50,294 bases of DNA from the IMG/VR virus record IMGVR_UViG_3300017991_000020, positions 1 to 50,294 of that record; one strand, written 5' to 3'. The first letter of the stretch is position 1; every line of letters starts with the position of its first letter. This stretch comes from a virus (taxonomy: Duplodnaviria > Caudoviricetes). Both the position numbers and the translations under genes were made by a program. Below the pieces are notes generated by a model, which saw only the letters and a program-made list of their open reading frames with translations, had not been told where the DNA came from and did no database searches. Below, one piece after another: positions 18,472-28,802 of this stretch.

Positions 18472-20178
18472 TTACTCTTCTGTTATAGTTGCTGTGCTTC
18501 CACCAACAATTCCCGAATAACCAGGAGAATATCCTGAGAAGGGAACCATCTGGAAGCTAAACATCCTTGCTATAATTTTGAGCCCTACAGGATCCACGCC
18601 AATGTCTCGAATCATTGCAGGGCTCTCATCAAACTCTGTACTCTCTATCTTAACATCAAGCTTCACAAAGTCCCCAATGTCAAGCAACATTGATCTCCAG
18701 GTGAGTTGGACGTCCACAATCTCAAAGGACGCACTTGCCAGCTTTATGATCTCCTTAAGCTGTGCAATGACAGTCGCTTCTTCATAAAGATGAGGGAAGA
18801 CTATCAACTTGGATATAGCTCTTGACTGATTGATTGCTGCTTGATTTCTCCAGATACCTGTTTGAAAAGCTTCCTCTCCAAGATCTGGTAATTTATTGTA
18901 GGCTGCTTGAGCTCTGTTGAAGTTGTTTAATGTGTCGATATTCAACGAGAATGAGTCCTTTACTACATCCCAGTTTCTAACGGTAAAGGAAGGGCTTGCT
19001 ACATAGTCATCAAAGTGCAATGAGTTTATTTTTATAAGTTGGTCCCTGCTGATAAAAGCCTCAAGCCTCACCTCTTCCAGTAGAGACAGAGCAAAGGTCA
19101 TTGCCTCAACAGACTCCTGTTGATAGACACGGCTCTTGAATGTGGAGATTGCACTCTCTGAAGGAGTGGCTTTATCTCTGAACGTGTCCCAGTTTGAATC
19201 AAAGTCACCAGCAACAGCGTTGCCATAAGTAAGGAGAATGTCTCTTGCCTGCTCAACTATGTTGTCGTCGTAAGTTCCACCACCAAGGGTCTTCCCTTTT
19301 ACCTTCACAAAATACTCGTCACCCTGTTCAAACAGATAGTTAGATCCTTCAATGGTTGTTGATCCACTGTTCTGAACAATCTCAAATTGGTTGTTGTTTG
19401 CGTTGATATTGACAATGTCTACTGCTGCAAAGTTGTACCACTTGCTTGCTCTTAGAACAAAGACGTCAGCAGCATTAAAAGACGAGTTTGCGTTCTGGCT
19501 TATAACGACTTGGACATTGTTCCTTGTTCCACCAATGACATTAGTGTCTGCACCATTCACAACAAAGACTCTTGCTGAGGCACCGTTTGCTGTTATTGCT
19601 GTGGTCCAGTCCCCATATATTACTGGGACATATTGCCCTTTTTTGTTCTCTTCTATATTGGGGAATGTTGTGTCATCAAAAACAGTTTGTGGGAATGAGT
19701 CATTGAGCTTTTGGAACTTGTCACGAGCAATGATTTTTATTGCCTTAACACTCCTGCCAACACCCCCAACTTCGGTTATTATTCCCTCAAAGATTTTTTT
19801 ATAAGTAGAAGAAACATCCCTTAAACCTAAAGAAACTTCGACGGTTTTATCAATCCAACCACCATAGTTTGCTCCAGAAGGAAGGAACTCATTAAAGCGA
19901 CCGTCAACATTGGAGAGCTCAAGCTCAAGAGAAGAGAACTGAAGCTCACCAGATAACCACTGACCAACTGTCCTTGTCACTGTTGGGACATTGAGCAGAG
20001 CTTCATAGAAGGTTGACCCTACATACTTATTCCTGTTGGATGCATAAATGTACCCTGTTGGTGTTTCTATGGTGACAGCAAGCTCAAGATTGTTGGTAAG
20101 GTTGTCATGACAATTGTCCAAAAAATCCTGAGTTATTGCTGTTGCTGTAAGATAAGGGAACCTATCTCTACTGCTCAT
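18472..20178 (-). CDS. Putative tail-tip / baseplate hub protein
   Basis: Second gene after the tape measure; 'ELSNVDGRF', 'VPVIYGDW' and 'LDIGDFVKL' are hub-like motifs. Confidence 0.6.
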   Translation of the reverse strand: MSSRDRFPYLTATAITQDFLDNCHDNLTNNLELAVTIETPTGYIYASNRNKYVGSTFYEALLNVPTVTRTVGQWLSGELQFSSLELELSNVDGRFNEFLPSGANYGGWIDKTVEVSLGLRDVSSTYKKIFEGIITEVGGVGRSVKAIKIIARDKFQKLNDSFPQTVFDDTTFPNIEENKKGQYVPVIYGDWTTAITANGASARVFVVNGADTNVIGGTRNNVQVVISQNANSSFNAADVFVLRASKWYNFAAVDIVNINANNNQFEIVQNSGSTTIEGSNYLFEQGDEYFVKVKGKTLGGGTYDDNIVEQARDILLTYGNAVAGDFDSNWDTFRDKATPSESAISTFKSRVYQQESVEAMTFALSLLEEVRLEAFISRDQLIKINSLHFDDYVASPSFTVRNWDVVKDSFSLNIDTLNNFNRAQAAYNKLPDLGEEAFQTGIWRNQAAINQSRAISKLIVFPHLYEEATVIAQLKEIIKLASASFEIVDVQLTWRSMLLDIGDFVKLDVKIESTEFDESPAMIRDIGVDPVGLKIIARMFSFQMVPFSGYSPGYSGIVGGSTATITEE

Positions 20179-20189
20179 TTTACAATCCT

Positions 20190-21758
20190 TTACATTGACT
20201 CATCTATCTCTATATCAAACGATGCATAGTCCTTGTCTGGTCCTAATGACTTATGTCTCTCTCTTGGAAGCACCGTCAACTTGCCAAAGACTGCATACCT
20301 GTCTGTCACTTCCATGTCTGTTGCTGAGGGTGTCGGGATCCAGAGACATTTGTGTGTTGTCCTGTGGACCTTAAAGACGTCTCTCAGTAATTCGAAGTTA
20401 CCAAGCAGTGTTCTCAGCAGTCTGAACTGGAGAGCAACAACACGCTTGAGCGCCAGTGAATTAGACACGTTAGTATGACCTTGTGTTAAGACCTTGTCTG
20501 AGAAGTCCTTATGCTCAAACTCAATCTCATCAACAAAGCACTCACCACTGAACAGCCTGGTTGCTCCAAAGAGAACTGTTCCAAGACTGACAAAGCCGTC
20601 AGAGTTTGTGCCGTCGTCTATTGCAATTCTCCAATACCTGTAGCCTGTCAGAGGCAGATCTGGAGAGATGTAATAAAGATTGTCATCTGTCACCTGTATA
20701 GGAATGATGATGCCTGTAGGAGCGTGTGAGGCGTTGTTAGAGCCTATCAAGAATACCTGAGCAGAACTTGTCAGGTTGTGATTGATGATTGCAAAGGTGT
20801 CAAGGAATACACCCTGAGGGATCTCTGTATCACAATCAACAGTAAGACCAGTTGTCACTCCAGTTGCCGAGCGCCAGATCTCTTCAGTTATATCTGTGTT
20901 GACGTTGTTCACATCAAAGTCACCAGGCTCTGTTGAGTTTGCTGTCCAGTTAAGACCTGTTGTTCCTCTTGATGGGAAGTCACAAAGTATTCTCAGGTTG
21001 GTTGTGTTGTATATTGCTGAAGTGGCCTGCATACCAAAAGACCTGGTTGTGACCATGTCAGCTTGCATACCTGCTGGGTGCAGATAGTCAACGATAGACA
21101 TTGCTGCCTGCATACCGTGAGTCTCAATGGTGTCGAGAATAATGCCGAGAGCCTGCATTCCCATCTCGTCAGTGAACTCACCAACATTCATTAGAGCTCT
21201 CATTGCCATGATTGCCTTCATACATGAGGCATCAAATGGTGTCTCACCAAACGGACCTTCTGCCCAGACGGGACATGTGAGGTGCTGCAAGAAGTCACTC
21301 TTTGCTTCAAACGCTACAGGCTTTAAGAACTCAAGCACGTTCATTTCTGCCTGCATACCTACAGGATTGTTGAAGCCTACGTTGCTTCCTTCTGCCTGCA
21401 TTCCATAAGCAACAACTGGATTGACTTGCCCTTCTGCTTGCATTCCATAGGGCTTTTCAAAATCGTTTATTTGTCCTTCTGCTTGCTGGCCTATGGGTGT
21501 TTCAAAGTCATTTATCTGACCTTCTGCCTGCACACCAAGAGGAGTCTCTTCACTTATGACTCCTTCCCCTTGCATTCCATAGGGCTTCTCAAAGTCAACC
21601 GTTCCAAGTAAAGCCTGCATTCCGAGTGGTGTTTCAGAATCAATGATAACCATCTCAGCTTGCATTCCGAGATTGCCTGCATTGACACCACTGTCAAACG
21701 GCTCCTCTCCAAAATCAGTCTCACCAAAGCCCTTTAAAACGGTTGTAACTACTGTCAT
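20190..21758 (-). CDS. Putative distal-tail protein with N-terminal GMQA repeats
   Basis: Directly after the tape measure; about 12 GMQA-type repeats, then a beta domain ('FAIINHNL', 'YRYWRIAI'). Confidence 0.6.
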   Translation of the reverse strand: MTVVTTVLKGFGETDFGEEPFDSGVNAGNLGMQAEMVIIDSETPLGMQALLGTVDFEKPYGMQGEGVISEETPLGVQAEGQINDFETPIGQQAEGQINDFEKPYGMQAEGQVNPVVAYGMQAEGSNVGFNNPVGMQAEMNVLEFLKPVAFEAKSDFLQHLTCPVWAEGPFGETPFDASCMKAIMAMRALMNVGEFTDEMGMQALGIILDTIETHGMQAAMSIVDYLHPAGMQADMVTTRSFGMQATSAIYNTTNLRILCDFPSRGTTGLNWTANSTEPGDFDVNNVNTDITEEIWRSATGVTTGLTVDCDTEIPQGVFLDTFAIINHNLTSSAQVFLIGSNNASHAPTGIIIPIQVTDDNLYYISPDLPLTGYRYWRIAIDDGTNSDGFVSLGTVLFGATRLFSGECFVDEIEFEHKDFSDKVLTQGHTNVSNSLALKRVVALQFRLLRTLLGNFELLRDVFKVHRTTHKCLWIPTPSATDMEVTDRYAVFGKLTVLPRERHKSLGPDKDYASFDIEIDESM

Positions 21759-24700
21759 TATCTTATTCCTTTACTACTAAGGACAAACTCACCATTAAGA
21801 GACGCCTTCTTAAGCTCTTCTTTAAACGTTGGCATGAGTCTACTTCTGACAAAAGATTCATTGACTGGATTAGTGGTATTCACTGTCATGCTGACGTTGA
21901 CGGTTGTGTCACCTGCTGTGATCTCACCCTTGTTGACAGCATCAAGAAACTCTGTTCCAACACCATCCACACCACTCTTCCTTATGACAAACTCACCAGC
22001 TTCTACGGTTCCACCAGAAGGACCAACAAACCCACCCATTGCAAATTTGTTTTGGTGGAGCATTGCTGGGATCATTGATTTAAGAACCCTCTCTCCAACC
22101 TCTGACCAGAGTTGATCTAAACCAAGACCGCTTATAAATGTGTCCACATTCTCAGCAGCATTGCTAAATGCCTTAGCAATAGACTCAACACTTATTGTTG
22201 GCATTGAAACATTAGGGCTCTGAACAGAGACACCCTTAGTGCTTATAGATACACCTGTTGCTTGCGAGATTGCTCCACCTAAAGAACCACCAAGACCAAA
22301 ACCTAGAATGTTACCAGAGAATATTGCTTCCACTACTCTTTTAACAACGGGGTTTGCCATGAGAGACCGAGGTATGACAACCTCTTCTGGAGACAATAGC
22401 GCTGGGACAACATCATTTCTCACACTGTCGCCAGCAACAGACGCTGCACCTGGTACACCTTGAGGACCTGTACCCTTAGCAAAATTCATAAAAGGAACGT
22501 CAATTCCAAGTATTCCCTCGACCTTGCCAGTGCCTTTGTTGTCAACCTTGAATATCTTTTCGAATAGGTTTGCTGGGTTAAGTGTGTCGAATATTTTTTG
22601 AATCATTGGTCCTATGCCAGACAGCCCTTCTTTAAGACCTTCCCATATAGCAGTACCAAGCTTCTTGAATGTCTCTGGAGCTTTGTCGATCCCTTCCTTA
22701 AGACCCTCGAAAATCTTACCGCCAATATCTTTGAGAAACTCGAATATCTTTTGATAACTCTCAAGCCATGGCTTTATGATTTTTTCTAAAACAAAATCCC
22801 ATACAGATTTTAAAGCATCAACAAGACCACTGAACACTTCCTTAGCAAATTCCCAAACATCTGACAGAGCCTTCACTGCAGCTTGCACAACATTGTCAAA
22901 AGCAAGAAGTATGTTGTGGAATGCATCAACAAAGAAGTCGAGTATTGGTCTTACTGTGTTGTCCCAGATGTCCACAAGCTTTTGCCACAACCTGGCGAGA
23001 ATGTTTGCTGCTTTGTCTGTAGCCGAGTTGATTGCATTGCCTATCCTATCTGCAAGGTCAAACCCTCTGGCTGCCTGCTCAAGTTCCAATACTTTAAACA
23101 GGTCTTCAGCAACTCCTGTTGCACCGTCCATTAAGTTATTGAGACCCTCTTCTATCTTACGAGTCCCAACGTCAAAGATGTCTTCAAACCCAAGAGCATT
23201 GGCAAGCTCGTTTGCAAACTCCTTCAGTCCCAATATGACACCATCAACAAAAGCTTTTGCAATCTCTGGTATCATCTTTATCAGTTCAATCTGGAGCTTT
23301 GGGAATGCTCTTATCATTGCCAGGACAAAGTTAAGCCCGATAGGAAGAGCCATTCTTATGAGAGCCTTGCCAAACATTAGAGCCATTTCTGGTAGGCGTT
23401 CTATGAGCTTTTCGAGAACACCAGGAAGAGACTCTGCAAGCTTTGCAATAGCATCTGGAAGACCCTCAGCAAAGAAGGTGAGAGCTTCCATTATAATATC
23501 GAACAACCCGTTTAGAAGGTTCGGGATGAGATTCTTTATCATGTCAGATATGGAAGTGAAGACGTTCTTCAGTCCTTCCAAAATAGCCTGAGGCAGTGCG
23601 GTTATGGAGTTGAATATATCTGCCACTTTATTGAGCACCCCAGGAATGAAGTCGATGACCTGCTTTATACCGTCAAGAACACCATTGACTGCACCCATGA
23701 GAGCGCTTGCTCCACCAAGCAACATTGATGCAGCGCCTGCTGTAGCAGCAAACCCTTGAGTTGCAATGTCAGCAGCCTTGGCAAGACCGCTTATATTCTC
23801 ACCAAAAGCAGCCCTTATCTGGTCCATTGATGCTTTATCAAACAGGGCTTTTACCTTTAACCTTGGAGCTTTTCTCTCGTCATCATCACCCTGACCTGCT
23901 CCTGGTTTTTCCAACTCATCCTTCTTGTCAATTGTCCCATCCAATGACTTGTTAAATGCATCAAGACTTTTCTTCGCTTGATCCCATATAGCACCAGGCT
24001 TCCAACCTGTAGTTGCTCCTTTAAAGTTCTCTCCAGTTGTCTTTAAGTCCTTGTTTAAATTCTTAAGCTCGTCTCTCATAGCCTCAACATTGCCTGAGCC
24101 TATGCGTCCAACCTCTCCGAATATCTTTTGAAAAGCTCCTCTGAATGGTGCAATACCTTCCGTAAACATGATCTGGAACTCCTTCCAGAATATCTGCACC
24201 TTTGTTGCCATCCACTTCAGACCAGAGCCAAACAGAGTGACGACCTTGTCCCAGTTTTTAACCAAGAGATCGAGGGCAAGAATACCACCCATGACAGCGC
24301 CAGCAATCAGAGCCCATTTGCCCACAAGAATTATTGTTGCTTTTTTTGCGGCTATTGTAGCAGCAGCATAGTTCCACATAGCTGTTGCCATGAGCCCGAT
24401 CCCACTTGCTATTGCCTTAAAATTAATCACCGCCAGTGATCCTGCAAGAGTGAGCATCACCACCTGAAGTTCTTTTGTATCCTTAAGAAGCCTGCTGAAA
24501 TTAAGCTGGTCTATTGCCTTGCCTGTTGCGACAAAGATTGCACTCGTCTTGTCCATGAACGAATTGAACTCTTGAATAGCAGGAAGGAGAACAGCTTTTA
24601 TGAGCATTCCCAAACGAGTGAAGAACGCAATGGACTTGCCTACCATTCTCTCTATTTCTTTGTCTGCAGTCTTTGCCATTTTCTGATAGGCGTCTTCTGT

Positions 24701-25729
24701 GGCTGCTCCAGAATTTATTGCAGCCTTTGCCATATCGTCCATGATCTTTACAAACTTGTCCCCGATGGTGTCACCCAAAAGGGTTGTTGCTACAGCTATA
24801 GCTTCTTGAGATCCGAAGAGCTCGTTGAGAGCCTCAGTTGACCCATCTGTCTGAGCAACCACTCTCTTTAAAGTTCCAACTAAACCGTCTTGTTGAACTG
24901 CTGCTTTTATAGACGTGATGCCCAGTTCTGAATAAATATCTGCAAGGCCAGCACCACCCCTTGATAGTTCTGACATTAATGACCTAAGTTGTGTCACTAC
25001 TTGTGAGGTTGAGACACCGCCAGTTGTTACTGCAGCAGTGGCAGCAATCAATTCTTGGAAGCTCATACCCATGCCTTGTGCTGTACTCGACGCCTGACCA
25101 AGCTGGGATGCAAGCTGTTCTATCGTTGTCTTACCAGCCTTCATACCAATGAAGAGAGCATCTGAAATATCAACAGCACCGTCTGCCTCAACACCAAAGG
25201 CGTTCATTAAGTTTGTCAAACCATCGACAGCAACTGACAAAGTTGTGACACCACCAGTTGCCAGTTTTTGTGAAGTGACTAAAAGTTCTGTGGCGTTTGT
25301 TGCATTGACTGCACCAGAAGAGAGGGCTTGATAAAATGCTTTTGCTAAGTCTTCTTGACCTGTCCCGAACTGTGATTGGAGTCTCAGGATCTCCTCAGTA
25401 AACATAGCCTGAGCGCCAGTGGCATCATCAAGAAGAGTGGTGATCTCAGCAACACCCTTCTCAAGTTTTACTGCCTGACCAAACGTTGCATTGAAACCTC
25501 TCGAAACTTTTTGAAGAGCAGAGCCTAGGAGAGCAAAGCCTTGATTCATAACGACAACAGAAGCACCGATCTTTGAAAAGGAAGAGCTCAATTTAGAGGC
25601 TTCCTTGCTCGTCTTCTTCATGTCCTTACCAACGTCTTCCACGGTTTTACCGAGAAGCTTGACCCCCTTGACCGCACCTTTACTATCAACGGTGATGTTT
25701 ATTTGTAGGTCGTCGGTTGTTACTGCCAT
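21758..25729 (-). CDS. Tail tape measure protein (TP901-like core)
   Basis: 1323 aa Ala/Gly/Leu-rich helical protein; 'DLAKAFYQALSSG', 'GKTTIEQLA'; Trp/Phe-periodic repeats; follows the chaperone pair. Confidence 0.92.
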   Translation of the reverse strand: MAVTTDDLQINITVDSKGAVKGVKLLGKTVEDVGKDMKKTSKEASKLSSSFSKIGASVVVMNQGFALLGSALQKVSRGFNATFGQAVKLEKGVAEITTLLDDATGAQAMFTEEILRLQSQFGTGQEDLAKAFYQALSSGAVNATNATELLVTSQKLATGGVTTLSVAVDGLTNLMNAFGVEADGAVDISDALFIGMKAGKTTIEQLASQLGQASSTAQGMGMSFQELIAATAAVTTGGVSTSQVVTQLRSLMSELSRGGAGLADIYSELGITSIKAAVQQDGLVGTLKRVVAQTDGSTEALNELFGSQEAIAVATTLLGDTIGDKFVKIMDDMAKAAINSGAATEDAYQKMAKTADKEIERMVGKSIAFFTRLGMLIKAVLLPAIQEFNSFMDKTSAIFVATGKAIDQLNFSRLLKDTKELQVVMLTLAGSLAVINFKAIASGIGLMATAMWNYAAATIAAKKATIILVGKWALIAGAVMGGILALDLLVKNWDKVVTLFGSGLKWMATKVQIFWKEFQIMFTEGIAPFRGAFQKIFGEVGRIGSGNVEAMRDELKNLNKDLKTTGENFKGATTGWKPGAIWDQAKKSLDAFNKSLDGTIDKKDELEKPGAGQGDDDERKAPRLKVKALFDKASMDQIRAAFGENISGLAKAADIATQGFAATAGAASMLLGGASALMGAVNGVLDGIKQVIDFIPGVLNKVADIFNSITALPQAILEGLKNVFTSISDMIKNLIPNLLNGLFDIIMEALTFFAEGLPDAIAKLAESLPGVLEKLIERLPEMALMFGKALIRMALPIGLNFVLAMIRAFPKLQIELIKMIPEIAKAFVDGVILGLKEFANELANALGFEDIFDVGTRKIEEGLNNLMDGATGVAEDLFKVLELEQAARGFDLADRIGNAINSATDKAANILARLWQKLVDIWDNTVRPILDFFVDAFHNILLAFDNVVQAAVKALSDVWEFAKEVFSGLVDALKSVWDFVLEKIIKPWLESYQKIFEFLKDIGGKIFEGLKEGIDKAPETFKKLGTAIWEGLKEGLSGIGPMIQKIFDTLNPANLFEKIFKVDNKGTGKVEGILGIDVPFMNFAKGTGPQGVPGAASVAGDSVRNDVVPALLSPEEVVIPRSLMANPVVKRVVEAIFSGNILGFGLGGSLGGAISQATGVSISTKGVSVQSPNVSMPTISVESIAKAFSNAAENVDTFISGLGLDQLWSEVGERVLKSMIPAMLHQNKFAMGGFVGPSGGTVEAGEFVIRKSGVDGVGTEFLDAVNKGEITAGDTTVNVSMTVNTTNPVNESFVRSRLMPTFKEELKKASLNGEFVLSSKGIR

Positions 25730-26165
25730 TTTTCTGTCCCTTCATTAAGTCTTTGGCTTCTGGCATGATCTGTTTAATATTGGACATTAGTTTTACTTGT
25801 TTATAAAAAACAACGAACCAACTTAGTATCTCAATAAACCATCCAGGTTGTTCCAATAAGGGACCTTCATATGGCAACGTATTAAGCTCTGAGGAGACAA
25901 CAAGAATTCTGTATAGTCCACAAGTTTCGAGATCGTCTCTTGACACCTTAGAAGGGCAGAACCCAAAAGGAGTCCCACCCTTCTGAAGCTGAATAGGGAA
26001 CAGTGTGACATCGTCTTCAGCAGTAAAATCCCAACGGTCCTCAAAGCACCGTCGTCTTTTCTTGGTTGCCTTGTCACACTTGGAGCAATCAAAATTGCGT
26101 CCTTCCCTGCTTAACTTCCCACTGTCAACAAACGATAACTCAACAAGAGCCGTTAATTTTTTTTT
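25686..26165 (-). CDS. Tail assembly chaperone frameshift extension (gpGT-like)
   Basis: A -1 shift at the A9 run gives an open frame LTALVELSFVDSGKLSREGRNFDCSKC...FCPSKVSRDDLE that joins ORF 25686..25946. Confidence 0.8.
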   Translation of the reverse strand, partial: KKKLTALVELSFVDSGKLSREGRNFDCSKCDKATKKRRRCFEDRWDFTAEDDVTLFPIQLQKGGTPFGFCPSKVSRDDLETCGLYRILVVSSELNTLPYEGPLLEQPGWFIEILSWFVVFYKQVKLMSNIKQIMPEAKDLMKGQKNGSNNRRPTNKHHR

Positions 26166-26620
26166 ACTAAGTCAGTGTCTTCTTCTGTCATGTTACCCTG
26201 AATAGCAAAGAACAAGAATGTTAGTTGTCCTATGTTGTCCAGAGCGTTGACAAGTTCCTTACTGGCATAACCGTCTGAGTCTCGTTTAAAGGTGATCTGC
26301 TTCTCCTTTGGAACTGATTCAGGGTTCTCAACACCGATAAGAGAGAATCTCACCAGGTCGGTCATGTACGTGATGTCCATGTCCATTTGACCTTCAGATG
26401 GGTTGTACCTAATGTTTCTCTTCCTGAGCATCTCCTTGGCATTCCAAGTGAGTGTGCTTCTTAAGACAAACCTTGTAGGCTCACCTTTGAGATCAAGCAT
26501 CTCTTCATTAAGCGTCTTGAGATATGACATGTAATTGTCATCGTCTTTGTTCCCAACTGCATCATCTGCAAGCAAGACAACCTTTAAATTTTTCTTCTCC
26601 GATACGAGGGTTAGTGCCAT
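26153..26620 (-). CDS. Tail assembly chaperone (lambda gpG-like)
   Basis: Between tail tube and tape measure; ends GTA AAA AAA AAT TAA at a slippery site. Confidence 0.75.
   Translation of the reverse strand: MALTLVSEKKNLKVVLLADDAVGNKDDDNYMSYLKTLNEEMLDLKGEPTRFVLRSTLTWNAKEMLRKRNIRYNPSEGQMDMDITYMTDLVRFSLIGVENPESVPKEKQITFKRDSDGYASKELVNALDNIGQLTFLFFAIQGNMTEEDTDLVKKN
26157..26165 (-). other. Programmed -1 ribosomal frameshift slippery site (A AAA AAA)
   Basis: Run of nine A on the minus strand immediately before the chaperone stop. Confidence 0.8.
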
Positions 26621-26637
26621 GTATGACTCCTAAAAAA

Positions 26638-27864
26638 TTACAAGAACTCTATTTGTACCTCATCACCCTGGTCTAAAGCAGACTGGAGTGCAGTCCCATC
26701 AAACGTGACAGGAATGGTGCCCGTCTCAGGCACAGAGATAGGTGGTATATTAAACATTGCTTTTGGAAGCGTGACCTTGAGGTGTCTTCCAGTTGCGTCT
26801 CCAAGAATAAGGACAACATTGTCACCAGCAAATTGATCAAGCTGGTTGTAATATTGTATCAAGTTGTGACCAAGGTTTAACTCCATAGAGGCTTCTGCTG
26901 TGAGCCTGTCTGCAGGAGCAAAGATCTGGCCGCTAAGAGAATCAGATCCCCAACAGAAGTTCTGAGGCTCATGATTGTTTGTAAGATTGAGAGAGAAGGA
27001 TCTCATGCAAGCAACTGTGCCGAGTCCTGTTGTTTCGAAACTACCAACGAGACCTGTCTGAATATCGTCAATAGCTGTGGGTGATTCTGGCTCCCAATAA
27101 ACAAGATAGATGTCAGCACTAGAGCCGTCTGCATCTGCAAGGACCGCACCGTCAACAGTGATGACATCGCCAGTCACGTCTGTGATTTTTCTTGCTGTTG
27201 CTGTATCTGCAGATCTTGTTGTCCCGTCTGCTTCAATGATCATGACAAGACCGTCTTCCTTAAAGCGCTTGCCCTCATCTGTTTGAACAGTGATGGTGTT
27301 GCCAGCATTGTTGTCTGTGGTTGATTTTCCGATACCAATAAGAATGGCTTTTTTACCAAGGCCACTCATTTCATAGTTTGCATTGCCGTCGCCTGGGAAG
27401 TTCATGGTTGCCGAATCAACAAACCCACCACCCATTTGCTTGGACCACTTGTCTCCAACTTCATGAATTGTGAATGTGATTGAGGGATCGTCTTCTGCAG
27501 TGTACTTGATGCCTGTTCCACTTGTGTCTTCTTTACCAAGAGCAGACTTGAACAGAGTTCTTACAGCAAGGTCAATCTCTGTTGTTCCTGCAGCAACTGC
27601 AGTGTCGATGTTGAAAAGAGCAGCAATATTCCAATTGGCTTCAAACTTCTGCTCAATGATGCTTGTGTTGTGCCGTCCAGTCTTATGAGGAGAAGTCTCA
27701 AAAGGCTGTGTTGACTCAATAGATCCGCCAGTGTGGAGCATAAAATCAGTTGCTAAAGGAGCAACCATTGTTCCGCGAGTGGCTTCTTCTTTGACGTACA
27801 TACGGTGATTTAAAGCAACCGATGGGTTTGCTGACGCATAAATAGTCGCATAGTTCTTTGCCAT
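26638..27864 (-). CDS. Major tail tube protein
   Basis: Position; 'YVKEEATRG', 'SFSLNLTNN' and 'LKVTLPKA' tube-like motifs; SD AGGAGG; no sheath gene present. Confidence 0.75.
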   Translation of the reverse strand: MAKNYATIYASANPSVALNHRMYVKEEATRGTMVAPLATDFMLHTGGSIESTQPFETSPHKTGRHNTSIIEQKFEANWNIAALFNIDTAVAAGTTEIDLAVRTLFKSALGKEDTSGTGIKYTAEDDPSITFTIHEVGDKWSKQMGGGFVDSATMNFPGDGNANYEMSGLGKKAILIGIGKSTTDNNAGNTITVQTDEGKRFKEDGLVMIIEADGTTRSADTATARKITDVTGDVITVDGAVLADADGSSADIYLVYWEPESPTAIDDIQTGLVGSFETTGLGTVACMRSFSLNLTNNHEPQNFCWGSDSLSGQIFAPADRLTAEASMELNLGHNLIQYYNQLDQFAGDNVVLILGDATGRHLKVTLPKAMFNIPPISVPETGTIPVTFDGTALQSALDQGDEVQIEFL

Positions 27865-27880
27865 TTAAAAATCCTCCTAA

Positions 27881-28321
27881 TTAGCAAACGTCAACCAACG
27901 CCTGGTAAAAGCTTGCTGTTAACTCAATAGTATGAATCAAAAGCGGATCGGTTAACTGCAAAGTCGTAAAACCACCGCCATGTAATAAATGAATCATGTT
28001 ACTAGTGAGACCTATTTGGGGGTCTTCCCACAGCTTCCGTTCTATCAAATACTGCAGGTCCCATAGATCTCGTTGGGTCTTCACACCACCAGAAGAGGTT
28101 GACCTTAGAACGATCTCAAGATTAATTCTCCAGTCTACAACTCTTCTTCTGTTTTCATGTCTGCTGGCTTCTCTTACTCCATACAACTGGACTGCTGGGA
28201 ATTCACTGTCTCTAAATTCTTCTGACGATAACCGCACCTTATCAAAAGCAACATAGTTAAGCTCTGGCATAGAACTCAAGATTGTCACGAGAGCATTTGC
28301 AACGTCAGTCTTTTCTGCCAC
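27881..28321 (-). CDS. Putative tail terminator/completion protein
   Basis: Size and position before the tube; 'FPAVQL' motif. Confidence 0.6.
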   Translation of the reverse strand: MAEKTDVANALVTILSSMPELNYVAFDKVRLSSEEFRDSEFPAVQLYGVREASRHENRRRVVDWRINLEIVLRSTSSGGVKTQRDLWDLQYLIERKLWEDPQIGLTSNMIHLLHGGGFTTLQLTDPLLIHTIELTASFYQALVDVC

Positions 28322-28802
28322 TTTTTACTCCAAACGCCTTGTCAATAATTGCAAGGATCTTTTTTCGGTTATCATTCAAAGCAGGTCTTAGGTATGGCCT
28401 TGGCAACCACCTATCACCAACTATGACTCCTTTGCCAGCTTTTACTTTATCTAGTCTACCAGCAGCACTCAGGCTTGCAAACATTGCCCTTCTTTGATGA
28501 GGAAGAAAAGGTCCACCATACTCATTCATACGAGCATAGACCACCCCTTCCGTTCCAACCTTTACAGTTGCCTCACCGCGTCCTTGTGACATCACCTCAT
28601 GCTTCAAAGAGTTCATGAGCCTGCCACTGTCAACCATACCGTGAGCTCTGATATTTGCCTTAGCAGTGTTCTCGACAATAAGCCCGATAGTTGTTAGAGC
28701 CCTCAACTGTTCAGGGTTGCCAAGAGGGTCAGCAAAGTCTTTTGCCCTTTGCATCATTCTCTTAACAAGAATCTCTATGCTTCTGTCTCCACTCTTAGGC
28801 AT
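28305..28802 (-). CDS. HK97 gp10-like neck/morphogenesis protein
   Basis: 'VDSGRLMNSL', 'YARMNEYG' and 'PRPYLRPAL' motifs. Confidence 0.8.
   Translation of the reverse strand: MPKSGDRSIEILVKRMMQRAKDFADPLGNPEQLRALTTIGLIVENTAKANIRAHGMVDSGRLMNSLKHEVMSQGRGEATVKVGTEGVVYARMNEYGGPFLPHQRRAMFASLSAAGRLDKVKAGKGVIVGDRWLPRPYLRPALNDNRKKILAIIDKAFGVKSGRKD

Noticed and set aside
22776-23591. 271-aa + strand ORF and other antisense ORFs over the structural genes
   Set aside because: Shadow frames of well-supported minus-strand genes, with no SD or protein motifs
25823-26092. Separate 89-aa ORF between chaperone and tape measure
   Set aside because: Wrong frame; the region is explained by the -1 frameshift extension
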